Shown here piece by piece: positions 1 through 12,581 of a DNA stretch of 64,000 nt. Position numbers and translations under genes: made by a program. Below the pieces are notes generated by a model. The model worked only from the letters and a program-made list of their open reading frames with translations, made no database searches and was not told the DNA's origin. The stretch is from the NCBI RefSeq assembly GCF_036321535.1, contig NC_087472.1:102550001-102614000 (forward strand), in the 5' to 3' direction. Within the stretch, counting starts at the first letter, position 1; every line of letters begins with the position of its first letter. This DNA comes from Camelus dromedarius. Its lineage: Eukaryota.

Positions 1-518
1 AGATTCCAACCACCTCTTTCTGTTAATAGAGAAGAAATGGTTTAACATCTGCCTTGGGACAGCATAGAAGGTGGGCTCCATGAGGCATTACTGTACCCTT
101 GCCCTGGTGTCTTGGAACATGTTTTCTCATAGTGGGAATTTATTAGGAACCAGGAATCTTTGACAAACAGACTTGACTATGACAAGCCTTTTGTTTGTCA
201 AAGAACCACAGGTAGACCATTGCAGTCAAGTCTTGTAAGTCAAGCCAGTGTTGTAAGGATTGTGATTCCCATGCATTGCTACTGGTGATTTTATCTTGTA
301 AGGAATAGTGCAGTAAAAAACTTAAAAAAAAAAAAGAGTGCTTCCATTATTTAGGGGGCACATGATAGCATGAGAGATATTTGCTGTGATTTTAATTGAC
401 TGTAGATAGCCAGACCTTAAAAAAAAAAAAAAAAAAGGCCTTTCTTAGGGAGTAACAAGGAGAACCACTGCATGGTGATTATGATTTTTTTTGCATCATT
501 ATTAATTTCTTTTTAAAC

Positions 519-706
519 CAGTGCTATCCAGTAGAACTTTCTGCAATGATGGAAATGTTCTGTCATCTGCACTGTCCAGTGGGGTAGTACCAGCCACATA
601 TGGCTATGGAGGACTTGAAGTGTGGCTCAGTGTGAATGTGTGGGGAATGGAATTTTAAATTTAGATAGCTAGTGTGGCCACTGGCTACCATATTGGACAG
701 TGCAAG
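519..706. mobile_element. MER3-like hAT-Charlie MITE
   Basis: Termini cagtgctatcca...ttggacagtgca with the typical gaactttctgcaatgatggaaatgttct and agccacatatggcta internal motifs. Confidence 0.8.
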
Positions 707-830
707 TTTAAAACTTTCTGCTCCTCAAATGTAACAAGACACCCATAAATGGATCTGTATCGTGTGGCATTTCATAAAGTTTAATGTATGAGACCCTAAT
801 ATCTAATAACCCTCTCGACTAAGAAGTATT

Positions 831-846
831 TGTGTGTGTGTGTGTA
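831..846. repeat. (TG)n microsatellite
   Basis: Direct reading. Confidence 0.9.
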
Positions 847-1985
847 CAGAGATTATTCAAAAAGACAAGGTAGTCTTAAGATAGAGCTGAGATACCTCAA
901 ATTAACTAAAAATATGCCCAAATAAGTAAATCTTATGACTTAAGTCTGTACTGTGTGAAACAAAAGTGAACCCCTAAGTCTGATGTGGCACAGAGTAGTG
1001 CCACATTTTATTGGCTGTGCAGGAGCCACTGCTGTACCACACGTGGATGATGATCCACATTTTATTTCTAGCACTTGTTTTTTGCTGGCACATAAATGCC
1101 ATAAAAAGCAGCAAATTTAGCAGCCATGCCTATGTTGAGAATGCTGTTCTTGAGGTATGGTGATTTATTTGATTGTCTTACCTTCGCCCCTGAACACATA
1201 GGACAGAAAATTAGCGAACCCAGTCGCTTGCCCTGGAACCTCCCTTTGTTAGTTTCAGCCTGTGCTATTTTGATGTGTTGGCAGAGTTGGGGGCTGACAG
1301 TCGTCAGACAGGATATGACAACCATTAGCTTAAACGGACCCACCCAAGTCCACTTGCTCATGTGGGTAGGGAGTTACTCTTGGTACCAGAAACAATTCTG
1401 AAAATCATGCCCTTGGCAGCTTTCACGGCTTCTTTATATTTCCATGACTTTGGAGAGGTAGCATGTTGTAAAGATGTAACCCCCATAAACAGTAACAGCT
1501 CATGTTTGTATATAGTTTCAGAGCACATTTATGCATTCTCCTTTGGCCCTCATAACATTTTGGTGAGGTCATAGGTATTGTCACTACTTTTTCCTAGATT
1601 CTCAGGATAGGATTCTGGCTCCACCTTGAACATGCTGTGTTCTATGTCACCTGAACATCCTTGGCCTTCACTTCTTCTCACAGAAGGAGTTGAGTGCACC
1701 TTCCATGTACCCCTTTGTTCTGTAGAATTGGGAAGGACTCTGTGTTTGTGTAGTGAGAATGCATGGTTATATAAGGATATATCAACTTTAGGGGGCTGTT
1801 TTTTTTTAAAAAAAAAACATTCTTCAGTTATTCCTGTGTTTTCTTTATTGGAAACCCATTTGTAACAGTAGGAGTGATTTTTCTGAATTAAAATCTAACT
1901 AGGAGGTATCTTCTACTTGATTAGTTTTAATGTTATGTTGATTTATGTGTTTATCTAACACATCTTGTCTTTTCTGCCAATTCTT

Positions 1986-2128
1986 TGTTTGTTTTGTTTT
2001 TTGAGGGGTAATTAGGTTTAATTAATTAATTAATTAATTAGTTTTTTAAAAATAGAGGTACTGGGGATTGAACTAGGACCTCATACATGCTAAGCACACG
2101 TTCTACCACTGAGCTGTATCCTCCTCCC
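1986..2128 (-). mobile_element. tRNA-derived Vic-1-type (camelid) SINE
   Basis: Minus strand reads GGGAGGAGGATACAGCTCAGTGGTAGAA...GTTCAATCCCCAGTACCTC (A/B boxes), then an AT tail with AAACCTAATTACCCC. Imperfect TSD tttctgccaattctt (1971-1985) / tttttgccagttctt (2131-2145). Confidence 0.85.
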
Positions 2129-3487
2129 GTTTTTTGCCAGTTCTTAATTTTTTTCTGTCTCTTCTCCATACTGTAGCCCCACCCTCTACCCTTTCCAGTG
2201 TTTTGTCCAAAAGTCAGGGAGGAGACCAAGATTGTTAGGATTTTGTTTATGTGTTTATTGATACTTGCTCACTATGTTTAGAGTAAATCTTTCTTTTCTA
2301 ACCTGTCAGCATAGGATTTCTCCAGTTGTTCCCTCTCCTCCCTTTAAAAAAAAAAAGTGGATTTCACCTCTTACGGAATTTAGACTTCTATTCTATAAAT
2401 CAGTAAAAACTTGACCAAGGTTAGGAATGGGTCAGGCATAAAACACTCCCTGGCAGTGTCGTCTTTATAGATCAGTAGAACTCTTGAGGAGTTGATCAAC
2501 CTGCTGAGTTACTTGGAACCGAGCAAGAGGAACCCCAAACTGAGCCTATGGCTTGGAGTGAAAGTACAGTTGCAGACCTGTCTCATGGAGATGGTGTAAT
2601 TTCTATAGGAACCCAACATGGCAGCATCTATGTCAATAATCAGTCCTACATTGAATACTGCATGTAGCTCAAGGTAGTTGGAGCGTCACATAAAGTTTCT
2701 AATTTGAAAACAGCATAATTGTGCAAATTATATCTCAAACCCTTGGACCTATGAGAATGTTTGTTGGAATGGAAAACTTTTATGCTGTTGACCTATATTA
2801 GTGGTCTTCAGAAAATTATAAATTTCAATCTAAATGGACATGCTTTTATAAATTTTCTGAATAAGGTACTTCCAATTTAAGATAAAAGCCAGTTACCAGT
2901 TCCTCTGACAACAGGAGACCGTTGTGTGTGGTTGGACTAACGTCTTCCTGTAGTGACTAGGAAGTGGTAATAGATTATTCCTTAGTATTTTCTCGGAGTG
3001 GGGCTTAATTATGGAAAGTGTTTGGGACTGTAAATAGAATAATTGTCCAGAGTTTTTTTACACTTTGCTTAATTAGTTCCTCCTTTGCTCTAGTGACAGA
3101 TACAGCGATGCCAGTGATGATAGCTTTTCAGAGCCAAGGATAGCTGAGTTGGAAATAAACTGAAACTGATACATGACTTGGAATAACCAGCACTGCCTGA
3201 GAGGGTAAGATGGAATCTTTATGTTCTTGTTTGTTTTACAGAAAGGCTGTTGTCTTGGTGTAGAAGGGAGCATTGCAGAACTTGTCTCGCAGGATCTGCC
3301 GGCCCGGGATGCTCCTGTTTAGTGCAGTTAGCAGGACAGACTTGCCAGCCGATCATGCTTTTGGGGATCTGGAATGCACCCAAGAAAGCTTGCAGTTAGG
3401 AATGCACCTGAGGCCATAAGAAATAGATCCGTGCACCTATAAATGGATACGTGGAGGCTGTAGTGCTCAGAGTTGTAATAGTCTAGG

Positions 3488-3678
3488 TGAAGGCTCAACA
3501 AACTTGTTCTGTAAAGGGCCAGATAGTGGCTATTGTCAGTGTTGTCAGCCTTGTAGTCTCTGTTGCAACAACCTCACTGCCTTTGGAGCCAGAGAGCAGT
3601 CTCAGGCAATACGTAATAAACGGGCAGGGCTGTGTACCAATAAAACTTTATTTCCAAACCCAGTTTGCTGACCCCTGG
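3488..3678. mobile_element. MER58-like hAT-Charlie MITE
   Basis: ctgtaaagggccagatagt...ccaataaaactttattt...agtttgctgacccctg, with tctag flanks. Confidence 0.8.
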
Positions 3679-3737
3679 TCTAGGTCACTCAAGGAAAAGC
3701 AGATTTCCTTGGGTTTGTTTAAAATAAGTGTTTTCTT

Positions 3738-3963
3738 ACAAACTTACTGTTACCCAAGGGGAAAGGGGATGGGGGAGGGATACACGCTACTATATATAAA
3801 ATAGATAAACAACAAGGTTCCACTGTATAGCACAGGGAACTATATTCAATAGCTTATAATAACCTATAATGGAAAATAATATATATGTATAACTGAATCA
3901 CTATGCTGTACACCAGAAACTAACACAACATTGTAAATCAACTATACTTCAATTAAAAAAAAA
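3738..3963 (+). mobile_element. 5'-truncated L1 3'UTR (laurasiatherian/artiodactyl type)
   Basis: gtatagcacagggaactatattcaata...gctgtacaccagaaactaacacaacattgtaaatcaactatacttcaat followed by A tail. Confidence 0.9.
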
Positions 3964-4895
3964 GGCACTTTCTTTCTTTGTGGGGATATGCCAGAGACTG
4001 ACTTGGCTTCCAAGGGCAGCTTATTTTTCCCACGGCTCCTTGAGATTTTATTAATGGAGACAACAGGCTGGATGGCTTTACTCCATTCATGCTCAGAGGC
4101 AGATGCTGCCTGGACAACCCTAGGGGTGGGGCAGGCCTTAAACTGTCCTTGCTCTCGAGTAGGGACAGCAGCTTTTGGAAAATTTGCTCCTACATGGGCT
4201 CTCCTCCTGGTTCACTTAAGGGGCCCCAGGGAAAGCACATCTGTGTCTGTTTAGATTTGCCTCAGACATGGAGATCTTTAGGATAAAACTGAAAAGGTGC
4301 AAAGATGAGTTGGGGGTACCTTCAAGACTTCTGTTATTCAACTTCTTTTTTATTGTTGTTGTTCTTTTTTTTCTTTATATTATTTCAACTTCTGATGTTG
4401 CCAATACTTGTATTCTTTTTTTTTTTTTTAAAGCTCTGAAATAACTAAAGGCAAGACGAAGAACTCTCTGAAGAAATCAGCACACTCTTATAGAATCACT
4501 TTCTTCTCCACCAAACATGGGATGTATAGCCTCGAGCGAAATCTAATAATACCACTTCCTGAACCAGAATCAAAGGGGTGGTTTTCTTTTTTCTCCAGAA
4601 GTAGCCTTTAGTTCTCACAAATTTCTTTAGCTGATTAAAGTTTTCCCAACAACCTTATGGGCAGAAAGTGTGTTCATGTTTTGTCCAGTGGATGGTGATG
4701 TCCAGGTGGTGGCCAAGGATCCAGGTAACTAAACCTTCTCTGGGCTAGATGGGAAGGCTGGCAGGCACAAGTGAGAACTTATTTTGAGTCAAAAATGAGT
4801 CATTCTGTTACCTAAACTCAGCCACAGATTTGTGAGTAGCCCAAGCTTATTTCAGTTTCTTACTCTGTTTATTTCTACTTAAAAGTAAGATGAAA

Positions 4896-5758
4896 CAGGT
4901 CTAAGACTGGGGATGGCAGGTGAGACCCTGGCCTCGGGCAAAGAATTTAAGTGGGCATTAAAAAAACTGAGGAATCAAGATTTTTTTTTTAATTTTTATT
5001 TTTTTAAGATTGGTTTTATATATATAAATATATATATATATATTTAATTGAGGTGAAATTCACAAACCATAGAATTAACCATTTTAAAGTGTACAGTTCA
5101 GTGGCATTAGGTACATTCACAGTGTTGTGTAACCACCACCTCTATCTAATTCCAAAACATTTCCATCACTCCAAAATAAATCCCCACACCCATTAGCAGT
5201 CACTCTCCATTCTTCCCTCTTCCCAGCACCACCCCCCTCCTGCAACCTCTAGTCTCCTTTCTGTTTCTATGGGTATTCCTATTCTGGACATTTCCTATCA
5301 GTGGAATCATACAGTAGGTGGCCTTTTGTGTCTGGCTTCTCTCACTGAGCTTGATGTTTTCCAGGTTTATCCATGTTGGAGCCTGTGTCAGTTCATTCTT
5401 TTTTATGGCTGAATAGAATTTCATGGAAACACAATTTATTTTATTTATTCATCCATTGATGGATATTTGGCTTGTTTCTGCCTTTTCGTTATTGTGAATA
5501 GTGCTGCTTTGAGCATATATGTGCGAATATTTGAATATCTGTTTTAATTCTTTTGGTGAACCGTTATACCCAGGAGTGGAATGGCTGGGTCATATGAGAC
5601 TTATGATTTTTGGAGGAAGCATCAGTAGTATTTTAATATAGTATTTTTAAAAGTCAAAATTCATTTGAAAAAAACCCACAGTGAGCAAAATAACGAATTT
5701 TAAAATAAAGCCAGGATTCAGCCCTGCACCTCCCTCACCTGCCCCTGTCCTGGCCCTG
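4896..5758. mobile_element. MER96B-like hAT element split by an L1
   Basis: Left part 4896-4980 and right part about 5620-5758, ending cctggccctg. The halves read continuously if 4981-5620 is removed. Confidence 0.6.
4981..5620 (-). mobile_element. Old L1 (L1MB/MC-like) 3' end
   Basis: T/TA-rich tail, then aattgaggtgaaattcaca...ctattctggacattt...ggaatcatacag...ggaatggctgggtcatatg. The minus ORF 5200-5424 resembles the ORF2 C-terminus. Confidence 0.85.
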
Positions 5759-6948
5759 TCGTACAAAATTGTGATCCAGTGGGCTTCCTGATTTCCCTGT
5801 TGAATGTGTTTGAGATGACTTAGTTGTGGGTTACATTTGAGTCTTCTGATACTAATTTAAATATTTTAGCTGGTCAGTTAATTTTCTTGTCATTGTCTTT
5901 GGCCTTTTAACTTGTTTCTCTTAATGCTGTAAAGCATTATTTTGTGAAACACTACAGAAAATTCATCTGCCAAACACATGCAGAAGTGAAATGAACAATT
6001 CTGGTAAACAAAAATATTAAAGAGCTTTATGGCTCCACTTGTGAAAATTACAGCTTGAAGATCACAGGAGGCTCCAAATGAAAAGCCCACAAGGTAGGTT
6101 AAAAGCTGAAATAGGCCTTACAGAGAGAGGTACGGAAGCACAGAGGGGATACTTTAACTGCACAGTGGGGTAGTCGGGCTTAAATGAGAGTTTTCAATTG
6201 TAATGATTATGATTTCTAAAGTCACTTGTAACAGAGTGCTTACGCTTTGGGCTAATAATGTGTGTAAGTAGGACTGGAAGGAAGGGCCCTTCAGTAGCAA
6301 TAAATCAGCCTCTTTGTTGCTCCTACATGAGATTTTCTTTTTTGGGGACCCCCGTTGAACTTGGAATGGTAGCTTGGCTGCGTAGGTTAGTGGGGCAGCT
6401 GTGGCTGTGAACACATGGAAAGTTATTATAAATCATTCATTCAACACATGTATCTTTGAGCCCCTGGCATGAGCCACACGTGGTGTCAGGTGCTGGGGGA
6501 AGTAAAGGGGAGCAGAATTTGTCCCTCAAATATGTCTCTTTGATATTAAGGATTATTTTAGGCTGATTATTTTTATTTTTAAGAAACAACAGATATAAGA
6601 AAAGCCCTGACAACTGAATACAAGTTGGCCTTTGTAAGAGACATTTACATTTATAAAGGAAACCTCCATTTGTAAAGGTGTCTCCTTCTCTGTACCAGGG
6701 AGAGAAGGATGACTCTAAATCTCTGGAAACTCCGATCAGTGGAGAAGGCAGCAACTTAAATCTGTCCAACGATCTCACCCTTGATTGCTGTGCTTTGCCT
6801 GGTAACCTTCCGTGACTGGTTCCTCCGCAGCATCTTCTTTTCTCTTTAGCTGGAGATGGTACTGAAGGTAGTGGCTTGGTCTATTTAGAAGAGTTGCTCA
6901 GTTTTCTTGGGTCTCCCATAGATACAGCAGGTATACATGTTATTAAAC

Positions 6949-8202
6949 TGAAACCAAGAAGGACCATGCTGGGCTCTCCCAGGCACAGAAGCCTTTCTGT
7001 GTCCCCTGTTTCTTGTTTGTAGAAAAAGGCTTTAGTCTCCTAGGCCTTTCCTAAGTTCCAAAGAGCAGACTCAAGCAGTTACTAATTAGGGAAGTGATGG
7101 AATGCAAAAACAAAGGAAAAGTAGTCAAGACACAATAGTTCAGTGATACTCGAGTCCTAGTGATGCAGGAAAAAACAGATGTGAGGTGTGAGGAGCGCCA
7201 TGTCCCAGGCGTCGGCTGTGTCCCGCCAAGTGTGGGTCCTTGGCTTCGTGCAGGAAAGAATTCAAGAGCGAGCCACAGTTGAGTAAAGGCAGATTTATTT
7301 AGAGAGATACATACTGCATAGAGTGTAGGCTGTTTCAGAAGGTGAGGGAAAGGCCATGAGGTGTGGGGGTTGGGTGCTCAGGTTAAAGTAAAAGTAGGTA
7401 CACACTCCATAGACAGAGTACAGGCTGTCTCCGAAGAGGAGGGAGTGAGAGAAGTGGCCACGAGGCACTGTGTTACCAGTTTTTATGGAATCAGTAGCTT
7501 CATATGCTAACAAGTGGGAGGACCATTCCAACTACCCTGGGGAAGGGGCTGGGATTCCCAGGAATTGGGCCACCACCCACTCTTTGACCTTTTATGGTTA
7601 GCTTTAGAACTGTCATGGCTCCTATGGGAGTGTCATTTACCATACTAATATATTACAATGAGTATAATGAAGCTCAAGGTCTACTAGAAGTCAAATCTCC
7701 CTCCATCTTGAGCCTCAAGGCCTACTGGGAGTTGAATCTTCTGCCATTTTGGTGTTAATTGCTGTGTCCTTGAATGACTGTGCCCTGCCCCCTTCTCTCC
7801 TGCCTCACTAGTTCCTCCTCAAGGGATATATATAACAATCTGATGCGTATCTTTGAGTTGTTCTGCAGAAACTAAGACCCTCACCCATGTTGAACACAAG
7901 CAGTAGACCTCGGACTGGTTGGTACCAGGTTGATGATGTTGACTCCTGAAATACGCTGTCACCTCACCACACTCCAATCAGAGAACTGTGCACAAGCTGA
8001 TCACGCACTCTTTTACCCCTTTTACTTTTAAAAACCTTACACCCAGGCCAGCCGATAAGATGGATCTGAGACCAGTCTACATCTCCCATCTTCTTGGTCA
8101 GTGCCTTCTCAATCAATAAACCTTTCTCTGCTCCAAACCCTGATGTTTTTGGTTTGTTTCGCCTCACTATGTGTTGGGCACACAATCTTGAGTTCAACAA
8201 CA
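6949..8202 (+). mobile_element. ERV1-type solo LTR (parts 6949-7160 and 7808-8202)
   Basis: TG...CA termini, AAAC TSD at 6945-6948 and 8203-8206, CCAAT box near 7974, AATAAA near 8115. Confidence 0.85.
7161..7807 (-). mobile_element. ERV1-type solo LTR (MER41/MER51-like termini)
   Basis: tgatgcagg...cctgcctca inverted termini, CTAG TSD at 7157-7160 and 7808-7811, AATAAA on the minus strand near 7295. Confidence 0.85.
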
Positions 8203-9446
8203 AAACTTGTTTTTCTCCTGTTAATCTGTTTTATTATAGGGAGTCTTAGCCAAGAACCTAGAAGGGTAGAGGGTGAGTTTTCCTCCCCTACAGAAGCAAC
8301 TTACCTTCTTGTATCTGACCTTCTCTTGGGGGAAGGTAAGCTTTAAACAAATCATTAGGAAAATAATCATTTAATTATAGTTGTGATATGTTCAGGGGGC
8401 TATGAGTGTCAAAGAATAAGGACAAAGAGACTTGTCAGAGAGTGTAAAATGGGGTCCTGGGGCAAACTGGGGAGCCAGGGAAAGCCTCTTAAGCAAAGCT
8501 GGTAAATGTTTTACACTCATTTGTGCCTAGACACAAAGACAGTGGACAAAGCTCCAAGACCCAGTGAAGGTGTGGTTTCCCAGACTGGCAGGCAGTCAGG
8601 TGAGTGGTGACACTGTTTCACTGGTGTCATCACCTGCTTGGTAGCAGCCTACACCTTTACTTGATTGAAATTTGGATTGGACTGAAGCTGAAGAGACTTA
8701 TTCCTTTTTTGTTTTCTCCATAAGGTATCTAGCTCCATTCCTAATTGTCACTTTTGTTGCTATATTTTGTACTTAGACTTGCTATTTTATTGAAGTAAAA
8801 AGTATCAGTTCCATGCACATCTATGCTCTATTAAGGTCAGTGCCAGACATTGACACTCGCCACTGTGTCTCTGAGAGTTGAAGTTCTGTACCCCAAAGAT
8901 GCCATACAAGATGAGGGGAGATACGCAGAAATATCACCGGAAAGCCAGAGTTAGAGAAATACTGCCTGTGGGTTCCTTTCCGTGCTGGTGTCTTTGGAGT
9001 TTGGTTGGATTTCTTGAATGGAGCAAGAAAGAATTCAGGATCATGTAACAGCAACATGTCTGGACCACTGTCTCCCTAGGCTGCCAAACCCTTCTGAGAG
9101 TTGGGTCCCTTCTATCTCTTCCATTTCACTTGTGGATGAGGAAATGTGGAATTTTTTTCAGTCTGCAAAATAGAATCACACTTGTTTTCTCAGGGTCCAT
9201 GGTAAGGAAGCAGGATCTATACTTATCATTCATCTGAGCGGCACAGTCGGCGCTAGCCAGAAAGTTAGTTTTGGGGAAGTGACTAGCCTCTCAATTCTTT
9301 CTGAGGTAGACTTTTCTTGTGTGATACCATTATTTGACTTGTGTTTACATTTGAATATGGGTTTATTAATAAGCCAAGTGTGATGATGAGCTGCCATTTT
9401 GCCTGTATCATTGCTGCTTCTATTATCAGAAAGAATCAACAGGTGA

Positions 9447-9587
9447 AGGGGGAGGGTATAAGTTCAGTGGTAGAGTGTGAGGTTAGCATGCACAAGATGC
9501 TGGGTTCAATCCTCATTACATCCTTAAAAAAATAAAAAGTAAAGTTGGTTTCTTAAAAAAAAAAAAGGAACAAACTATTAAAAATAT
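9447..9587 (+). mobile_element. Vic-1-type SINE
   Basis: ggggagggtataagttcagtggtagag...gggttcaatcc followed by A-rich tail. TSD aatcaa(c/t)aggtga at 9434-9446 and 9588-9600. Confidence 0.85.
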
Positions 9588-10741
9588 AATCAATAGGTGA
9601 GCCATGTTGAGAAGCACCTAATTCTATTGTGACTCACACTGCCCTTGAACAAAGCAACTGGATTTCCATTTTTCTTTGGGTTTTGCTAAACATCAAGGTT
9701 TTTCATTGGTCTAGTGGACATCCTACCCTATCTCAACATAGGCTTTGCATGTGGGACATACCAGACTCTGATGGAAATGCAAATTGAACTTGTTGAGCTG
9801 CTTTTTGCCATGCAACTTTTGGTCTTCAAGGTTCACGTCCATGAATATCTCTGAAAGTTAGTGGCAAATCCTTTGGGTCTCCACTTTCCATCCCTGAAGC
9901 TTTTTGGCATTACCTGCTTCCTCTGAGAAGAATACCAGTGGAAAACTGGGGAATCCAGTTGGCACTGTTAGGTTATATAGTTCATTTTTAAGCCTTCATG
10001 GTAAGTTTTAAACTTGCCGTCTTTTTCTTGAACAAGAAATTGTTTTGAAAATAGAATACTGCTTTGATTTTTTTTCCTCTAGGGGAGACTGTGCTTTCAG
10101 TTAATATGCTGAGAGTATTCTGGAGAGTAAGATAAAAGTCTAGAACCTAGGGCTTGGGACCAGTGTCCCAGTAAACTAAACTTTTCCCCACTGAATCTTC
10201 CTCTCAAGGGGATCCTCTGAATTGGAGTAACCTCATCATGTGCCACAGGCCAGGGTGATGAGACTACTTGTTATAATGGTCACTTCTGTAGAGAATTTAG
10301 TGGTCAGCAGTCAACATCTAGTTAATTTAGATTATCTACATTTCTGGAGTAGCAATTTCTGAATTTATTTGCACAAGTATATATTATTTTAGTGTCCAAC
10401 TTGAGAAGTATGAAGACTCAGAAGTAATTTTCAACCCAGAATGTGACTTCTTTGTTGCCATCATTGATTTTACCCAGAAGAGTTCTGAAAGGATGAGAGT
10501 GGCTTTTGAGACACCTTTGCTTTTCTGAGTAAGTATCATGAATCTGTGGTTTATATCATAAACTAGATGTTTTTCTTCTGTTCTTGATCATCTTTGCTTT
10601 GTTCCAACATTCCTAACATAATTCTTAACTTGAGTTGAAAGGAGATTTGTTTTGATCTGTTTAAGAATGAAAAAGTAAAGAATATGGTTACACATTGTTG
10701 TTCAAAAGAGGCACTATCTAAAGCAGGGTGGTGGTAGGGAG

Positions 10742-10940
10742 AGTGGCAAACTGATCACAGGCTAAATTCTGCCTATTTTAAAAGTTAAACTTTTACTGAC
10801 ACAGCCTCACATGTTCCTTTACATACTGTCTATGAATGTTTTCATGCTCTAACAGCAGAGTTGAGTAGTTGCCACAGGGACCCACAAAGCCTACAATATT
10901 TACTATCTGGCACCTTACAGAAAGAGTTTGTTGGTTGCTG
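10742..10940. mobile_element. MER58-like MITE
   Basis: ggcaaact...gcagagttgagtagttg...aatatttactatctggcaccttacagaaagagtttg. Confidence 0.75.
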
Positions 10941-11479
10941 ATCTAAAAGGTGCAATGCAAGAAAAATTATTTACAAGTCTTCGATAGAAGCTAAGTTTTA
11001 AAAATCTTTTTTGTAGATAGTGAAGATACTCTTTTGAAAAGATTTTAAAAGAATTCTTGGCATGAGGTTACAGACTGAAAGTTTACAGAAAAATCTCTCT
11101 TCAACCTCTGTCCTCAGCTACCTTATTCCCTTCCTTGCAGACCTTATCAGATGGTTCTGGGTTCTTCCAGATACATATCATGCGAAAATGATTGTTTAGC
11201 TGTGATATTTAAGCAGCATTCATATTTCAGATGTGATTATATTCTTTATTTAGTAATTATGAGAAAAAATGTACAAGGGGAAGATCAGTTCTTAGTTCAG
11301 CTTGTCACAGATAGTGTGCACACGCTGTGGGCCCAACCTTGAATTGATACAGCAGAGAATATGGAAAACCGGTAAGATGTGGTCTAGCTAGGGACAGGCC
11401 TAATACGGTGCTTGAACTGAATCCTGATGGATGAGTAGTAGTTAAGTAGATGCATCTTTGTATTATAAATACTGGTGAG

Positions 11480-12581
11480 ACTAAAAACTTCCCTAACCTG
11501 GGAAAGGAAACAGACATCCAGGTTCAGGGAGCATAGAGAGCCCCAAACAAGATGAACCTAAGGAGAGCCACACCAAGACACGTTATAATAAAAATGGCAA
11601 AAGTTAAAGATGGAGAGTCTTAAGAGCAGCAAGGAAAAAGCAACTAGTTATGTGCAAGGAAACTCCAAAAAGACTGTCAGCTGACTTTTCAGCAGAAACT
11701 TTGCAAACCAGAAGGGATTGTCATGATGTATTCAAAGTGATGAAAGAAAACCTACAACCGAGAATACTCAACCAGTTAAGGCTATCACTCAGATTTGAAG
11801 GAGACAGAGTTTTACAAACAAGCAAAAGCTAAAAGAGTTCAGCACCACTAAACCAGCTTTACAAGAAATGTTAAAGGGACTTCTCTAAGCAGAAGAGAAA
11901 AGATCACACTAGAAATGTGAAAATTATGAAAGGAAAAATCTCATTGGTAAAGGCAAAAATACAGAGTTGTTAGAATGTGTTAGAACTTAAGAGATTGTCA
12001 ACTTAAAATAATCACATATATGTAGGTTGTTATATATGAATCTTATGGTAACCACAAACCAAAAATCTATAATACACACACACACAAACCAGAAAGAAAT
12101 CCAAACATTAAACTAAAGATAGTCATCAAATCACAAGGAAAGAGCACAAAACAAGAAGAAAGGAACAAAGAAGAACTACAAAACAACCAGAAAACAAACA
12201 AAATGGCAATTAATACATAGCTATCAGTAATTACTTTAAATGTAACTGGACTAAGTGCTCCAATCGAAAGACATAGAGTGACTGGGTACAAAAACAAAAT
12301 CCATGTATATGCTGCCCACAGGAGACTCACTTCAGATCTAAACACACGCACAGTCTGAAAGTGAGGGGATGGGAAAAGGTATTCCATGCAAATGGAAATG
12401 AAAAGAAAGCTGGGGTAGCAATACTTATATCAGACAAAATAGGCTTAAAACAAAGACTAATAGGAGACAAAGAAGGACATTACATAATGATAAAAGGATC
12501 AATTCAGCAAGAGGATGTAACAATTGTAAATCTATATGCACCCAACATAAGAGCACCTAAATACAAAAAACAAATATTAAC
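11480..12581 (+). mobile_element. Internal L1 fragment: ORF1 3' half, inter-ORF region and start of ORF2 endonuclease
   Basis: Translations RLSADFSAETLQ (ORF1) and WEKVFHANGNEKKAGVAILISDK...DKEGHYIMIKGSIQQEDVTIVNLYAPN (ORF2 EN). Frameshifted. Confidence 0.95.

Larger units (their letters stand above)
6503..8292 (+). mobile_element. ERV1 solo LTR, MER34-like (parts 6503-6948 and 8203-8292)
   Basis: Ends ...tcccctaca. GAAG TSD at 6499-6502 and 8293-8296. Homologous to the uninterrupted copy at 48976-49505. Confidence 0.85.
6430..8490 (-). mobile_element. L2 3' fragment interrupted by nested LTRs (L2 parts about 6430-6502 and 8293-8490)
   Basis: cattcattcaacacatgtatctttgagc...gtgctgggga is an L2 tail on the minus strand. 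L2-like sequence resumes after the LTR block. Confidence 0.55.

Noticed and set aside
410..445. A-tract flanked by agacctt/aggcctt (also the A-tract at 29645)
   Set aside because: Flanking match is too short or imperfect to call a TSD.
983..1058. Two small hairpins (ATGTGGCAC/GTGCCACAT and GTGGAT/ATCCAC)
   Set aside because: Stems of 9 and 6 bp are expected by chance in 64 kb.
2055..2128. tRNA-like sequences here and at 9447 and 46110
   Set aside because: SINE heads with AT-rich tails (TSDs visible for two), not tRNA genes.
4334..4393. ttcaacttct repeated around a T-rich tract, possibly an old poly(A) insertion
   Set aside because: The tract is degenerate and low-complexity, so a TSD cannot be told from slippage.
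8597..8637. Bulged hairpin caggtga...tgacac/gtgtca...tcacctg
   Set aside because: Only about 40 nt with wobble pairs, too short for a pre-miRNA.
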